64,000 nt of DNA from Actinomycetota bacterium (GCA_036000545.1 DASYVD010000105.1:7630-71629); one strand, 5' to 3'; shown: positions 43,441-52,672, counted from the stretch's first letter. Numbers and translations: made by a program. The notes: generated from the letters alone by a model not told the origin.

Positions 43441-43514
43441 GCCGGGGTAGCCCAACCGGGAGAGGCGGCGGACTCAAAATCCGTTCAGTGAGGGTTCGAA
43501 TCCCTCCCCCGGCA
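43441..43514 (+). tRNA. tRNA, anticodon CAA (Leu by anticodon) but class I architecture (5-nt variable loop)
   Basis: Hand fold: acceptor GCCGGGG/CCCCGGC; D arm GCC(C)-AACCGGGAG-(A)GGC; anticodon stem GCGGA/TCCGT with loop CTCAAAA. The variable region is TCAGT, the T arm is GAGGG-TTCGAAT-CCCTC, and the discriminator is A. CCA is not encoded. The sequence was cross-checked against the overlapping track ORF translation. Confidence 0.8.
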
Positions 43515-43579
43515 CACGTTTCCGTGACGCTTCGACTCCGCTCCTTCCGTCGCTCGGTGCCGTGTGATACCCATCGCCC

Positions 43580-44554
43580 ATGCGCGTCGCCATCTGCGTC
43601 GACATGGAGGGTGTCTCCGGTATCGACCGGTACGAGCAGTGCTTCCCATCGTGGGCGGGGGAGTACCGGCGGGGCGTACGGCTGCTGGTTGCCGACGTCC
43701 GGGCCGCGGTCCAGGCGGCAATGGAAGCGGGGGCGCGCGAGGTCGTGCTGGCCGACTGGCACTACCTCGGGCGGAACATTCCCCGGGCCGCCTTTCCCGA
43801 CCTGCCTATCCGGCGGCTGTGGAGCGGCGGCCGCCCGGTGGTGGGAGCACACGGCCTGGGCCGTCCCGACGCCGCCGTGCTCGTGGGGATGCACGCCGGC
43901 GCGGGGAATGCCAGTGGATTCCTGTCCCACACCTTCTGGCGAGGGATGGCCGTGCTGCTCGACGGGAGGGCCCTCTCGGAGGCGGTGCTTTGGTCGCTGG
44001 CCCTGGGGGCCTCGGGCGTCCCGGTGGCGGTTCTCGCGGGGGACCAGCGCGCCGGGGAGGAAGCAAGGGAGTTCCTTCCCGGGGTAAGGACCGTGGCCGT
44101 GAAGGCGGGGGTCTCGCGAACGAAGACCATCCTCCGGCCGCCCGAGGACGCCCGCCAGGAGCTGGCCGAGGCGATCCGGGGCGCCCTCTCCGATCTGCCG
44201 CCTCCGCTCATGCACGCCTTCCCTGCGGAGGCCACGATCCGCTACGCCCGACCGTCGTGGGCGGTGCTGGCCACGCGCCGGGGCGTGGGCGACCGGGTAG
44301 GCGAGCGGGACATCTCCACGCGGCTGGGTTCGGTGCACGACCTGGGGCCCTTCCTGGCCCGCGCCCTGCTGGCCACCCCCGGAGGCGCCTCGCCGGCGGT
44401 GCTCAACGCCGTGCTGCCGTCCACTGACGGTCGGGGATCGAAGGCGTGGGCTTCCGCGGTCCTCGCGGTGACAGGAAGGATCGAGCGGAACGCGATCCGT
44501 ACGTGGGCCCGCGAGCGCCCCGATCTGTACCCGCCTGTCGGGCGTGACGACTGA
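43580..44554 (+). CDS. M55-family D-aminopeptidase (DppA-like)
   Basis: MRVAICVDMEGVSGI N-terminus and HAGAGNASGFLSHT motif, characteristic of peptidase family M55 as I recall it. Confidence 0.72.
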   Translation: MRVAICVDMEGVSGIDRYEQCFPSWAGEYRRGVRLLVADVRAAVQAAMEAGAREVVLADWHYLGRNIPRAAFPDLPIRRLWSGGRPVVGAHGLGRPDAAVLVGMHAGAGNASGFLSHTFWRGMAVLLDGRALSEAVLWSLALGASGVPVAVLAGDQRAGEEAREFLPGVRTVAVKAGVSRTKTILRPPEDARQELAEAIRGALSDLPPPLMHAFPAEATIRYARPSWAVLATRRGVGDRVGERDISTRLGSVHDLGPFLARALLATPGGASPAVLNAVLPSTDGRGSKAWASAVLAVTGRIERNAIRTWARERPDLYPPVGRDD

Positions 44555-44561
44555 GTCGGGC

Positions 44562-45263
44562 TCAGCCCCTGGGGGGCTGCTCTGGCGGCCCTCCCGGCAC
44601 GGGCGGCGGAGGCGGCGGAGGCGGCGGCGCTGCCCCCGGGGCGGGATGGTCGGGCGGGGAAGGCGGCGGGTTCTCGAAGCCCGAAAGGGCCGCCTCCGCC
44701 GGCTGCCCCCGTCCCGTCCCCGTCCCTGGCGCGGGCGGCGGGGGCGGCGCCGCAGCGGTGCGGGTGAGGATGGCCCACACGCCGCCGAGCGCCGCGATGA
44801 CGCCTCCCGCCAGGCCGACGTAGAGACCGATGCCCGGGTGGAGGGTTACCCCGAACTGTTGGAACAGCTGAAGGAGCTGATCTGCCGTCACCCCGGGAGC
44901 CTCGGCCGCGGCGGCGTCGGCCACCTCGCGGAGGGCCTCTTCGCCGAAGCTTGTGAGCAGGACGATCCCCCGCAGGACGACGAGCCCTCCGGCCACAACG
45001 CCCAGGACCCCCATGACCTTTGGGATGACTCCTCGAGTCAGCAGCACCACCACGCCGACCACGGCGACGCCGATCCCGATCGCGACGAGCACCTTCCCGT
45101 CATCCGTGTCCAGGCCGGAGAAGTTCTCGGCGGGCACCCCTGGGATCGATGTCGTGACTCGAACGAACGGCAGCAGGGCGCCGAGGATCATCACGATGCC
45201 ACCGGCCATGGTCACGAATCCGGCGCGCGCGGCGCCGGTCGGCCTCGCCATTACCGTCCCCAT
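44562..45263 (-). CDS. hypothetical 4-TM membrane protein with Pro-rich C-terminal tail (paralog of 45299..45994)
   Basis: 233 aa; TM segments (FVTMAGGIVMILGALLPFV, VLVAIGIGVAVVGVVVLL, VMGVLGVVAGGLVVLRGIVLL, IGLYVGLAGGVIAALGGVWAIL) followed by a PPPPPAPG...PPPPPPPPPVPGGPPEQPP tail. Confidence 0.5.
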   Translation of the reverse strand: MGTVMARPTGAARAGFVTMAGGIVMILGALLPFVRVTTSIPGVPAENFSGLDTDDGKVLVAIGIGVAVVGVVVLLTRGVIPKVMGVLGVVAGGLVVLRGIVLLTSFGEEALREVADAAAAEAPGVTADQLLQLFQQFGVTLHPGIGLYVGLAGGVIAALGGVWAILTRTAAAPPPPPAPGTGTGRGQPAEAALSGFENPPPSPPDHPAPGAAPPPPPPPPPVPGGPPEQPPRG

Positions 45264-45298
45264 CGAACCTCCCTCTCTTCGTGGGCGCGTCGGTTCGT

Positions 45299-45994
45299 CT
45301 ACGCGGTGGGGTCGCCCGGCATCTGGGTCTCGTCCGGGGCCGGCGGCTGGTGTGCCGGAGCCGCCGACTGCGGTCCCGCCTGGCGGAGAGCCATGAACCC
45401 ACCCCCGGCGGCTACCGCGCCGCCGAGGGCCGTGACGAACACACCAAGAGAGGGCCCGGTATGGATCCTGAAGCCCTGTCCGCCAAGCTGCTCCGCGAAC
45501 TGACGGGCGAACTCGAGTGCCTGACTACCCCCGGGGAAGGTGCTCACGGCGATGGATTCGCTCACGACCATCCCCACGATGGCCGTGAGCAGGGCTACCA
45601 GCCCCCCGCCGATAGCCGCCATGACCGCAATCCGGCGCGTCCCCGAGTCCTGGACGACCACGCTGCCGATGGCCCCCGCCACGGCGACGACAGAAGCAAC
45701 CAAGGCCACGATGCCCGTCCAGTGATCCAGCCCCTGCGCCGTACCCACGCTTTCGGTGAACGCTGGGAGCTGTTGGCCGGCGAACTGGCCTCCCTCGAAA
45801 GAGGTGGTGATGGTGGCCCAGTCCAGGAACACACCGATCAGGGCGGAGAGCCCTCCGATCCCGGCCACTATGGCCGCAACGGGCGGAGGCGCGCTCCAAG
45901 CAGTAGTCGGCTCGGTGTGGGGCTGTTCCATGATCCTCTGGACCCCTCCCCGGAGCGGTCGGCCCATTCTGGACGGGGCAGTACCCTCCGTCAA
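45299..45994 (-). CDS. hypothetical 4-TM membrane protein with Pro-rich tail (paralog of 44562..45263)
   Basis: 231 aa with the same layout: TM1, a short loop containing G.D...G, TM2-TM3, a soluble segment, G(F/V).(I/L)H.G..LGV TM4, then a Pro-rich tail. Start uncertain. Confidence 0.5.
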   Translation of the reverse strand: MTEGTAPSRMGRPLRGGVQRIMEQPHTEPTTAWSAPPPVAAIVAGIGGLSALIGVFLDWATITTSFEGGQFAGQQLPAFTESVGTAQGLDHWTGIVALVASVVAVAGAIGSVVVQDSGTRRIAVMAAIGGGLVALLTAIVGMVVSESIAVSTFPGGSQALEFARQFAEQLGGQGFRIHTGPSLGVFVTALGGAVAAGGGFMALRQAGPQSAAPAHQPPAPDETQMPGDPTA

Positions 45995-46016
45995 CGAGGT
46001 GCAGGCAGGTTCGGCC

Positions 46017-49000
46017 TCAGACCCGGCTCACCACTCGGACGGCCTCGGCGCCAAGGAGGGACCGAAGCTCCGCCAGGAGCCCCGCGGAGGCGTCCACTCG
46101 ATAGCCCTCCCCCAGGCGAAGCGTCGTCCTGTTCCCTCCCTCCGCCTGGGCGCCGTCGGAGAGGAGCCGCAGCACGACCGGCACCTCACCTGGATGAGAC
46201 GCGAGGACCTCCTTCAAGCGGACCACCATCCCGTTGACGCATTGCCGGACCGGCATCTCGAGGAGCACTGGATCACCCGGAGCCGGGGCGATAAGCCCCT
46301 CCTCCGTCCCCAGCTCCCGGATGTCCAACGCCACGATCTGGAGCTCACGGCCCCGGAGGTCGATCCTCCCCTTCACCAGGACGATGGCGTCCGGACGGAG
46401 CAATGACTCAGCCTTCTCGTACACGCTGGGGAACCCCACCACCTGGACTCCCCCGGCGAGGTCCTCCACCCGGAACAGGACGTACGGCTCGCCCTTCTTC
46501 GTGTACCGCCGGGCCAGGGTGGTGATGACCCCGCCCACCGTGACCACATCTCCGTCCCCGAGCGAGGGCAGCTCCACGATCTCCATGTCCGTTTGGGCCT
46601 CGAGCCGGCCCCGCACCCCCAGCAGGGGGTGATCGGTGACCCACTGCCCCAGCATCTCCTTCTCATGCTTGAGGAGCTCGGGCTTCCCGAACTCCGGCCC
46701 CTGCAGGACGGACTCGTCGATCTCGTGCCCTGCCGCCCGGCCTCCGCCGAACAGGGAGAATTGCCCCGCAGCCTCGGCCCGTCGCTCGGCCACGATGGGC
46801 CCAGCCACCTTGTCGTAGGCCTCGAACAGGGCCCGGCGCGTATATCCCATCGAGTCGAAGGCCCCGGAGAGGATCAGGCTCTCCAGCACCTTCTTGTGCA
46901 GTGCCCCGGGATCGACCTTGCGGCAGAAGTCGGTGAAGGAGGTGAACGGCCCTTTGGACTGGCGGGCTTCCGTGATCTGGGCGACCACTCCGGACCCCAC
47001 ATTCCTGACCGCGGACAGCCCATACCTGATGTCGCCGTCGGTCGGCGTGAAGTCCATGTCCGAGGCGTTCACGTCCGGGGGGAGCACCCGGATGCCCATC
47101 AGCCGGCAGGCATTCAGGTAGAAGGGCTTCTTGTCCTTGTCGTCCTTCACGCTGGTGAGGAGGGCGGCCATGTACTCCACGGGATGCTGCGTCTTGAGGT
47201 AGGCAGTCTGGTAGGCCACGAAGGCGTACCCGCACGCATGGGAGGCGTTGAACCCGTAATCGGCGAAGGGAACGATGAGGTCGAAGACGTCCTCGGCGAG
47301 GTTCCGCGAGTACTCCCGGGCTGCCGCGCCCTCCACGAACTTCTCCCGGTGCGGGATGAGCTCTTCCCGGATCTTCTTCCCCATGGCCTTGCGGAGAAGG
47401 TCGGCCTCTCCCATCGAGTAACCCGCCAGCCGGACGGCGATCTCCATGACCTGCTCCTGGTAGACCAGGACGCCGTAGGTGTCCCGGAGCACGGGCTCGA
47501 GGTCGGGATGGGGGTAGGCCACCGGTTTCCGGCCGTGCTTCCGCTCGGCGTATTCCACGTGCATCCCGGCGCTCAGCGGCCCCGGCCGGTACAGAGCTAC
47601 CAGCGCCATGAGGTCCTCGAACCGGTTCGGCTGGAGCTGCTTGATCAGCGAGCGCATCCCCCCGCCCTCGAGCTGGAAGACACCGGTCGTGTCCCCCCGG
47701 CAGAGCATCTCGTAGACGGCCTCGTCGTCGAGGGGGACGTGGTCGATGTCCAGCTCCACGCCTCGCTCTCGGAGGATCCGCACGCTGTCCTCGATCACGG
47801 ATAGAGTCCGCAGTCCCAGGAAGTCCATCTTGAGCAGGCCGAGCTTCTCCACGCCGTGCATGTCGAATTGGGTGACGATCCGCCGGGAGTCGTCCCGCGA
47901 GTCCTTCGACAGCTTGAGGGGCATATAGCTGACCAGCGGGGCGTCCCCGATCACCACGCCCGCGGCGTGGACCGAGTCCTCCCGGCGAAGGCCCTCGAGC
48001 GCACGGGCGGTCTCCACGATCTGCTTGGTCTCCGGTTCGTTGTCGTACGCCTCGCGGAGCTCCGGCGAAAGCTCCAGGGCCTTCTCGATACGGTACTCCC
48101 GGCCGAGCAGGGCCGGCGGATACATCTTGGCGATGCGGTCGGCGACCGAGGCGGGGTAACCGAGCACCCGGGCGGCGTCCCGGATCCCCTGTTTTCCCTT
48201 GATCGTCTGAAACGTGATGATCTGGGCCACGTGGTCGTGGCCGTACCGCTCCGCCACGTACCGGATGACCTCGTCCCGACGACGCTCGTCGAAGTCCATG
48301 TCGATGTCCGGCATCTGCTTGCGGTCGGGGTTGAGGAACCGCTCGAAGATCAGGCCGTACCGGAGAGGGTCGATGTCGGTGATCCCGAGCGCGTAGGAGA
48401 CCACCGAGCCGGCGGCGGACCCCCGCCCGGGCCCCACCCGGATCCCCTGCTCCCTCGCAAACCGGATGACATCCCAGACGATGAGGAAGTACCCGGCGAA
48501 CCCCATCCGGCCGATGATGTCGAGCTCGTGCTCCACCCGGTCCCGGATCTCGCCGTTCGGCTCACCGTACCGGCGGCGCACCCCCTCGCGCACCAGGTCG
48601 CGGAGGTAGGTCTCGCGGTCCTTCCCTTCCGGAGGATCGAAGCGCGGGAGGTGGTGCTCGCCGAACCGAAGCTCGAGCTCGCAGGCCTCGGCGATGTCGA
48701 GCGTGGCGTCACACGCCTCCGGGAAGTCTCGGAAGATCTCCCGCATCTCCGCCGCGGACTTCACGTAGAACTCCTCGGTGTCGAACTTGAGCCGGTCGGT
48801 GTCGGCCAGGACTTTGCCCGGCTGCTGGATGCATAGCAGGACGTCGTGCGCCTGCGCGTGGCCCTTCTCCGTGTAGTGGACGTCGTTCGTGGCCACGAGC
48901 GGGATGCCGAGATCCTTGGCCAGCTTGACGAGCAGCGGCGTCACCTCGCGCTGCTCGGGAAGCCCATGGTCCTGGAGCTCGATGTAGAAGCCGCCGGGAC

Positions 49001-49508
49001 CGAAGAGGTCCCGGTAGCTCGCGGCGACCTCCCGGGCCTTGCGCTCCTGTCCGGCGAGGAGCAGGCGGCAGGTCTCGCTGGCCAGGCACCCGGAGAGGGC
49101 GATGAGGCCCTCGGATCGCTCGGCCAAGAGCTCCTTGTCGATGCGAGGCCGGTGGTAGAAGCCTTCCAGGTGCGCGTCGGTGACCAGGCGAAGGAGGTTC
49201 CGGTAGCCGTTCTCGTTCCTCGCCAGGATCGTGAGGTGCCGGTAGTTCTCGTCGTTCTCGCCGGGAGTCCGGTCGAAGCGGGACCGTGGGGCGACGTACG
49301 CCTCGACACCGAGGATGGGCTTGACGCCCGCTTGGCGGCCCGCCTCGTAGAAGTCCAATGCCCCGAACATGGCCCCGTGGTCGGTGCCGGCGAGTGCCGG
49401 CATCCCGAACGCGGCGACCTTCTCGAACAGTTCGCCGATCCGGGAGGCCCCGTCGAGCAGGGAGAACTCGGTATGCGTGTGGAGGTGAACGAAGCTGTTC
49501 CGTTCCAT
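46017..49508 (-). CDS. dnaE: DNA polymerase III alpha subunit
   Basis: MERNSFVHLHTHTEFSLLDGA PHP-domain N-terminus followed by polymerase core, beta-binding and OB domains. The start was moved to the ATG at 49508. Confidence 0.97.
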   Translation of the reverse strand: MERNSFVHLHTHTEFSLLDGASRIGELFEKVAAFGMPALAGTDHGAMFGALDFYEAGRQAGVKPILGVEAYVAPRSRFDRTPGENDENYRHLTILARNENGYRNLLRLVTDAHLEGFYHRPRIDKELLAERSEGLIALSGCLASETCRLLLAGQERKAREVAASYRDLFGPGGFYIELQDHGLPEQREVTPLLVKLAKDLGIPLVATNDVHYTEKGHAQAHDVLLCIQQPGKVLADTDRLKFDTEEFYVKSAAEMREIFRDFPEACDATLDIAEACELELRFGEHHLPRFDPPEGKDRETYLRDLVREGVRRRYGEPNGEIRDRVEHELDIIGRMGFAGYFLIVWDVIRFAREQGIRVGPGRGSAAGSVVSYALGITDIDPLRYGLIFERFLNPDRKQMPDIDMDFDERRRDEVIRYVAERYGHDHVAQIITFQTIKGKQGIRDAARVLGYPASVADRIAKMYPPALLGREYRIEKALELSPELREAYDNEPETKQIVETARALEGLRREDSVHAAGVVIGDAPLVSYMPLKLSKDSRDDSRRIVTQFDMHGVEKLGLLKMDFLGLRTLSVIEDSVRILRERGVELDIDHVPLDDEAVYEMLCRGDTTGVFQLEGGGMRSLIKQLQPNRFEDLMALVALYRPGPLSAGMHVEYAERKHGRKPVAYPHPDLEPVLRDTYGVLVYQEQVMEIAVRLAGYSMGEADLLRKAMGKKIREELIPHREKFVEGAAAREYSRNLAEDVFDLIVPFADYGFNASHACGYAFVAYQTAYLKTQHPVEYMAALLTSVKDDKDKKPFYLNACRLMGIRVLPPDVNASDMDFTPTDGDIRYGLSAVRNVGSGVVAQITEARQSKGPFTSFTDFCRKVDPGALHKKVLESLILSGAFDSMGYTRRALFEAYDKVAGPIVAERRAEAAGQFSLFGGGRAAGHEIDESVLQGPEFGKPELLKHEKEMLGQWVTDHPLLGVRGRLEAQTDMEIVELPSLGDGDVVTVGGVITTLARRYTKKGEPYVLFRVEDLAGGVQVVGFPSVYEKAESLLRPDAIVLVKGRIDLRGRELQIVALDIRELGTEEGLIAPAPGDPVLLEMPVRQCVNGMVVRLKEVLASHPGEVPVVLRLLSDGAQAEGGNRTTLRLGEGYRVDASAGLLAELRSLLGAEAVRVVSRV

Positions 49509-49601
49509 GTCCTCGAGCCGTGCCTCCTCGAGGATATCCGCGGGCACCGACAGTCCTCCCACCGCGGAAACCCTGTGGACAACCTGTGGAGAACTACATA
49601 C

Positions 49602-49631
49602 TTGTAATTCTGTCAGGCCCAACCCTACAAT
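49602..49631 (+). promoter_or_regulatory. putative promoter of the nuclease gene (TTGTAA-N18-TACAAT)
   Basis: The best -10 match in the window (TACAAT, 49626-49631) with a -35-like TTGTAA, about 29 nt upstream of the ATG at 49660. Confidence 0.4.
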
Positions 49632-49659
49632 CGTGGCCGAGGGATTTCAAGCCGTGGCC

Positions 49660-50775
49660 ATGCGACTCTCCTACTCGAGCATCAACACGTACGAGACCTG
49701 CCCCGCCAAGTACCGGTACCAGTACGAGGAGCGGGTCCCGACGCGTTCCTCGCCCGCATTGGCCTTCGGGGACAGCCTCCACCGCGCCCTCTACCGGTTC
49801 CACGACCGGCCGGTTCCGGTGGCTCCCCGGCTCGAGGAGCTGTGGGAATTCCTGGAGGACGAATGGGTCACCGAGGGGTTCACCGATCCCTCGGAGGAGC
49901 GGCTGTACCGGGAGCATGCCAGGACCGTCCTCGCCCAGTACCACCGGGCGAACGCCGAGGAGTACCGGATCCCCGCGGCGCTGGAGTACCGGTTCCACTT
50001 CGAGGTCGAGGGAGTCACGCTCAGCGGGGTAATCGACCGGATGGACCGGCTTCCCGGCGGCGGCTACGAGATCATCGACTACAAGACGAATCGTCGTCTC
50101 CCCCCCAGGAGCGCGATCGACCGGGACCTCCAACTCTCCATCTACTACCTGGCCGCCCAGGAGGTGTGGGGCATCGAGCCCGAGCGCCTGACGCTGTACT
50201 TCCTGCTCCCCGGAGAACGCATGTCGACGACGCGCGCCCCGGAGGATGCGACCGAGCTCAGGCGGCGGATCGCCACGGTGGCGGAACGGATCGACGGAGG
50301 CCGGTTCGAGCCTCGGGAGAACCCACTCTGCAACTGGTGCGATTTCCAGCACATCTGCCCGCTGTTCCGGCACCAGCACGAACGAGACGCGGCCCCCCGC
50401 ATGGCGGAGATCGTCGACGAGTGGATCGCGCTCAAGCGGGAGGACCGGGCGCGGTGGCGCCGCCTGGAGGAGCTGGCGGCGACGATCAAGGCCTACGCCG
50501 AGGAGCATGGATTCAGGCGCCTGTACGGTACCGATGGGGCGATCAAAGTCGTCGAGCGGGTGGAGACGGCGCCCCGCCCGGAGGCCGTCCGGGAAGTGCT
50601 CGAGCCCTTGGGCCTGTACGAGTCGATCTTGATGGTCGACCCCCAGGCACTGCACCGGCTCATCGAGACCCGGGTCCTGCCGCCCGACGTGGAGGACGCC
50701 CTTCTGTCCTCGCGGGAGGAGGTTCGGACCACCAAGGCCCTGTACCTTAAGGACGGCGACCGGGCCCGGAGGTAA
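49660..50775 (+). CDS. PD-(D/E)XK nuclease, RecB/AddB/Cas4-like with 4-Cys iron-sulfur motif and extra C-terminal domain
   Basis: MRLSYSSINTYETCPAKYRY (N-terminal Cys), GVIDRMDRL...YEIIDYKT (D...ExK core) and NPLCNWCDFQHIC (three Cys). About 130 further residues are of unknown type. The start was moved to the ATG at 49660. Confidence 0.8.
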   Translation: MRLSYSSINTYETCPAKYRYQYEERVPTRSSPALAFGDSLHRALYRFHDRPVPVAPRLEELWEFLEDEWVTEGFTDPSEERLYREHARTVLAQYHRANAEEYRIPAALEYRFHFEVEGVTLSGVIDRMDRLPGGGYEIIDYKTNRRLPPRSAIDRDLQLSIYYLAAQEVWGIEPERLTLYFLLPGERMSTTRAPEDATELRRRIATVAERIDGGRFEPRENPLCNWCDFQHICPLFRHQHERDAAPRMAEIVDEWIALKREDRARWRRLEELAATIKAYAEEHGFRRLYGTDGAIKVVERVETAPRPEAVREVLEPLGLYESILMVDPQALHRLIETRVLPPDVEDALLSSREEVRTTKALYLKDGDRARR

Positions 50776-50777
50776 CC

Positions 50778-50853
50778 AGCCCGAGCCCACGCCGACGCGT
50801 CGGTCGCCCTGTCCCTTGCCCCTTATCGCCCTCGCATCGCGTCGGCTCGGGCT
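50778..50853. terminator. long imperfect hairpin filling the gap between convergent genes (possible bidirectional terminator)
   Basis: AGCCCGA(GCCCAC)GCCGACGCG at 50778-50799 pairs with CGCGTCGGCTCGGGCT at 50838-50853. There is no U-tract. Confidence 0.35.
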
Positions 50854-51744
50854 TCAGCCGACCCTCGCCCGCTCGAGAGCTTCCCGGAGGTCCGCAGGCA
50901 GGGGGTCCTCCACCTCGAGCGGTTCACCGCTGAGCGGGTGGCGGAGGGCCAGCCGCCAGGCGTGGAGGAACGGGCGGTGGAGGCCCAAGCGCGGGGCGTC
51001 TCCTCCTCCGCCGTACGCCGCGTCGCCCAGGATCGGATGCCCGACCGCGGCCAGGTGCACCCGGATCTGGTGGGTCCGGCCGGTCCGGGGGCGGGCCACG
51101 ACCAGCGTCGAGCCAGCAAGCCGTTCCCGCACCTCGAGGTCGGTGGCCGCCTCCACCCCGGCGGTCCTCTGGACGGTCACCCGGGCCCGGCGCCGCCCGA
51201 GGGGGGCCTCCACCCCGAACCGGTCCTGAGGGGGACTTCCCCGGACGAGCGCTAGGTACTCCCGCCGCACCTCTCGGGCTCCAAGGAGCCGTACCAGCTC
51301 CTGGTGGGTTCGGTCGTCCTTGGCCACCAGGAGGAGGCCCGAGGTTCCCACGTCGAGGCGATGCACGATTCCCGGACGGTCCGGGTCGCTTCCCACAGAC
51401 AGAGGAACGCCCATCCCCAGGAGTCGATTGACCAGCGTGCCGGTCCGCGTCCCCTTGGTCGGGTGGGTGAGCATACCCGGCGGCTTCGACACCACCAGCA
51501 GGTGGTCATCCTGGTATCGGACGGGCACGCCGCCCGGTTCCGCGGTGAGCTCCCCGGGCGCCTCCAGGTCCGCTTCGATGCGCTCACCCCCGGCCAGCCG
51601 GAAGGACTTCGGCCTCTGAGCTCCGTCCACCCGGACGCGGCCCCCAGCGATGGCTCGCTGGACGTCGGCACGAGGAACTCCCGCCAGCTCCGCGAGCACG
51701 GCGTCCAGCCTTCCCGGCCGCCCGATCCCCTCGAATCGGGCCAC
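50854..51744 (-). CDS. rluD: RluA-family 23S rRNA pseudouridine synthase (RluD-like)
   Basis: S4 domain (RLDAVLAELAGVPRADVQRAIAGGRVRVDG), catalytic HRLDVGTSGLLLVAK and GRTHQIRVHLA. The GTG start at 51744 is 2 nt after the lspA stop. Confidence 0.88.
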   Translation of the reverse strand: MARFEGIGRPGRLDAVLAELAGVPRADVQRAIAGGRVRVDGAQRPKSFRLAGGERIEADLEAPGELTAEPGGVPVRYQDDHLLVVSKPPGMLTHPTKGTRTGTLVNRLLGMGVPLSVGSDPDRPGIVHRLDVGTSGLLLVAKDDRTHQELVRLLGAREVRREYLALVRGSPPQDRFGVEAPLGRRRARVTVQRTAGVEAATDLEVRERLAGSTLVVARPRTGRTHQIRVHLAAVGHPILGDAAYGGGGDAPRLGLHRPFLHAWRLALRHPLSGEPLEVEDPLPADLREALERARVG

Positions 51745-51746
51745 GG

Positions 51747-52271
51747 CTAGCGTGGCTCGGTCTCGGGGCGGGTGTGCTTTCCAGGATCCCGGGGGACCGG
51801 GTGGGGCTCTCCTCGCTCTCGGCGGAAGCTCGATAGCAGCAGCAGAGCGGCCCCCACCACGATGGCCGAATCGGCCAGGTTGAACACGGGCCACACCTGG
51901 AAGTCGATGAAGTCGACGACCTCGCCGGAGAAGCCCGGGCCCCGGATCACGCGGTCGGTCAGGTTCCCCAAGGCTCCTCCGAGCACGAACCCGAGCGACA
52001 CGGCCACGAGCGGCGAGGGCAGGCGGACGGACGAGGCCACCACGGCCACTATGACGACCACGCTGGCCAGAACGAACAGCCACGCCGCGCCCCCGAACAG
52101 GCCGAACGCACCGCCCGGGTTGGTGGTGAACCGTAGCTCCACCGCCCCGGGGATGATCTCTACGGGGGGACGGCCACTGAGCCGCTGCTCGGCGAGGACC
52201 TTGGTGACCCGGTCCAACGCGTAAACCAGGGCGGCGGCGGAGTAGAGCAGGAGGGCCAGGCGCGGCCGCAC
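51747..52271 (-). CDS. lspA: lipoprotein signal peptidase II
   Basis: The tail of track ORF 51747..52691 reads [11 protein letters not shown]...NPGGAFG...[10 protein letters not shown]...[19 protein letters not shown], which are LspA motifs. The GTG start at 52271 is 5 nt after the upstream stop. Confidence 0.88.
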   Translation of the reverse strand: MRPRLALLLYSAAALVYALDRVTKVLAEQRLSGRPPVEIIPGAVELRFTTNPGGAFGLFGGAAWLFVLASVVVIVAVVASSVRLPSPLVAVSLGFVLGGALGNLTDRVIRGPGFSGEVVDFIDFQVWPVFNLADSAIVVGAALLLLSSFRRERGEPHPVPRDPGKHTRPETEPR

Positions 52272-52276
52272 GGCCC

Positions 52277-52672
52277 TCAGCGGAACCGCTCTTCGGCCTG
52301 CTTGTCCTTGACGCAGAGGGTGGCGTAGGGAAGGGCCTTCAGCCGTGCTTTCTCGATCGGACGGCCGCACCGCTCGCACAAGCCGTAGCTCCCCTGGTCG
52401 ATCCGGTCGACCGCATGGTCGATCTTGTCCAGAAGATCGCGGATGTTGTTCGAGAGCGACAGGTCCCGTTCCCGTTCGAACGTGTCGGTGCCGGCGTCCG
52501 CAAATTCCTCGTCGAAGGAGGAGATCTCCCCGGACAGCTCGGACTGGCCGGTGCCGAAGGAGCTCTGCTCGATCTCCTTGAACTGACGCTCCAGTTCTTC
52601 GCGTTCTTGGAGAAGCTCCTTCTTGAACTCTGCGAGCTCTTGTTTCGTGAACGGGGACTTGGTGGTCGGCAT
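52277..52672 (-). CDS. DksA/TraR-family C4 zinc-finger protein
   Basis: 131 aa; coiled-coil N-terminus followed by [29 protein letters not shown] (CxxC-x17-C..). It lies upstream of lspA, as in many Actinobacteria. Confidence 0.8.
   Translation of the reverse strand: MPTTKSPFTKQELAEFKKELLQEREELERQFKEIEQSSFGTGQSELSGEISSFDEEFADAGTDTFERERDLSLSNNIRDLLDKIDHAVDRIDQGSYGLCERCGRPIEKARLKALPYATLCVKDKQAEERFR

Noticed and set aside
43433-44338. 301-aa minus-strand ORF overlapping the tRNA and the M55 peptidase gene
   Set aside because: Antisense to a well-supported peptidase gene, and it reads through the tRNA. The composition is low in complexity.
43515-46016. Genomic island integrated at the tRNA
   Set aside because: There is no integrase or recombinase, no direct repeat of the tRNA 3' end that I could find, and the content is ordinary (a peptidase and membrane proteins).
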